Source: Octopus vulgaris (Eukaryota). Taken from it: a stretch of DNA of 64,000 nt. The translations under genes were made by a program, and so were the position numbers. Of this stretch, positions 62,421 through 64,000 are shown piece after piece; within the stretch, counting starts at the first letter, position 1; every line of letters starts with the position of its first letter. Under the pieces are notes generated by a model. That model saw only the letters and a list, made by a program, of their open reading frames with translations. It had not been told where the DNA came from and did no database searches. The DNA is taken from positions 25,482,001 to 25,546,000 of the forward strand of contig OX597820.1 in NCBI GenBank assembly GCA_951406725.2, given 5' to 3'.

Positions 62421-64000
62421 ATACATGATTGTTTTTGCTATTTTTTGTTTGTTTTTTTCATTTCGAAGTTGATTTTCCTTTCTTTATTTTTGTTTCTCTT
62501 TTATATTACTCTCCAACCCCAACCTCCATTCCTGATGATGTCACACCTACTCTCTGACCCAAACCACTTTATTTCTCTGCACTACACCACTCAGAGATTA
62601 TGATCTTTGCTACCATGTCTACCTCCACGCATTGTCATCTACCACCAACAACAATACATCAATTCCTCAATTCCATCCATCCAGTCATCTATCCATCATA
62701 TATTGAAATATTTGGCCCCTGTGAACTAAAATGAAATGACATGAAATGAAATGGAATAGCAGGGGAAAGAAAATAATATCAGAGAACAAACAAACAAAGG
62801 AGAAATCAAGAAAATATTCTAAACAGTGGGGGGAAAAGGAAAAAAAAAGGAAGTTAAGAGATTAATTCCATTTTTGAAAAAGAAATATTAGAATCGGAGT
62901 ATTTTTCCATTTTTGCTTTATTGTATGGCTTGAATTATGGATGGACAGACAGCCACACTTGTGAATGTTTATTTGCCCAGTGCCAGCATCATCATTGCTG
63001 AGTATTTGCTAGTTCCTGAACCCATCATAGTTTCAGAAGTTCTTCCTCCTGTATGAAATACACTTCCATGTAGTTTGAAATAGCTGTAGTCTCCAAGAGA
63101 ACTTAAGGAGAATATGCAAGCATAGCTACATAGTTTAATAAGTTCATTTTTCACCCATCTACATTGTTCTGAGTTTGATCCTGTTGCATAGCTCCTTGGA
63201 CAAATGTCTTCTCAGGGAAATAATTTAGAGATCAGAACCTGTAGAGAAGCAAGTTGAACACACACACACTTATATGCACAAACTTGCACACATATTTATG
63301 TATATATTTTGAACAGATGCACACATTGGCAAGCAACTGCCAATAAAGATATGCATCAAAAAATATGTATTGTGTTGTTTATTTGTGCAACTTCTAGCAT
63401 GGGAGCATTAATATGATTTAATACCAGTGCTCCAACATGGCCACAGTCTTTGGGCTGGAACACATAAAGAAATAAAGAGAGAGAAACTCAGGTAGAATAA
63501 AATGTACTACCATCTTAAAGCAGACCACCACAAGAGTATTTCTGCATTCACACAAACTATTTCTAGGTAGTCATTGCTAAGGTTTTCCAGATAGATTTCT
63601 AGCAACCCTCCTCCTGGGGAGAGTGCTACTTTAGTCGTTGATGTGACAAGTTACATGTTATCAGTACCACTCCAAACAACATGATAGAGTTTGAACTGTT
63701 GATGTAACCAAGATGTCTGGTGATCTGATGAGCTAGCTTTCTTTATTTGTATTAATTTGTGGATATACAATTGTTTTGTGTAATGCCAAGTATACATATT
63801 AATGCAAACATGTACACATAATCTCTTGTATACTACATAAGAAGGTTGCGAAACAGCTGTAATCCTCTGGAAGTCACATATTTATAATAAATCTATGTTC
63901 TCCTCTCATATCTCCTGAATTTATGTTTTTACACACACACATAAAATTACCATCATCATAATAATTATCCTCATCTTCATTAACATCTACTTTTTATGGT

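Noticed and set aside
61632-62603. 323-aa ORF and similar long ORFs (24230..24910, 5713..6156, 56883..57488, 52042..52353)
   Set aside because: These are translations of CT, TA, CAT and GGT simple repeats that happen to lack stop codons; they have no domain content.
63640-63740. CTGATGAG and a bulged inverted repeat (possible hammerhead or C/D snoRNA)
   Set aside because: No downstream GAAA or stem III, and no properly placed C/D box pair with a terminal stem.

Overview
This is AT-rich, microsatellite-dense eukaryotic DNA. Its repeat families (tRNA-headed SINEs, RTE-tail repeats, TTAA and hAT MITEs) look like those of an octopod cephalopod (Octopus sp.); that assignment is by recognition, not a search. 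Only one host coding exon is supported: 7751..7884 (+), an ankyrin repeat resembling the ankyrin-DHHC palmitoyltransferase Patsas. Everything else reads as intron, at least 56 kb downstream with no further recognisable exon. It is packed with mobile elements: a 5'-truncated, frameshifted R4/Dong LINE in a (TAA)n hotspot, L1/Tx1, RTE and CR1/L2-group relics, two non-autonomous Helitrons, hAT, piggyBac and mariner MITEs, a foldback element with a 9-bp TSD, and Penelope-like remnants with a degenerate hammerhead core. Nearly all ORF-track entries are artefacts of simple repeats or SINEs. The best non-routine signals are a gap-free 34-bp stem/14-nt loop hairpin with pri-miRNA geometry (27882..27963), a GC-box island with a 16-nt AG...GTGAGT segment that would be a poison micro-exon (26849..26864), a locally templated inverted insertion inside a SINE (48029..48642), three unrelated AT/TA-flanked palindromes, and multi-level nested insertions. 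No new system is demonstrated; these are candidates to test.
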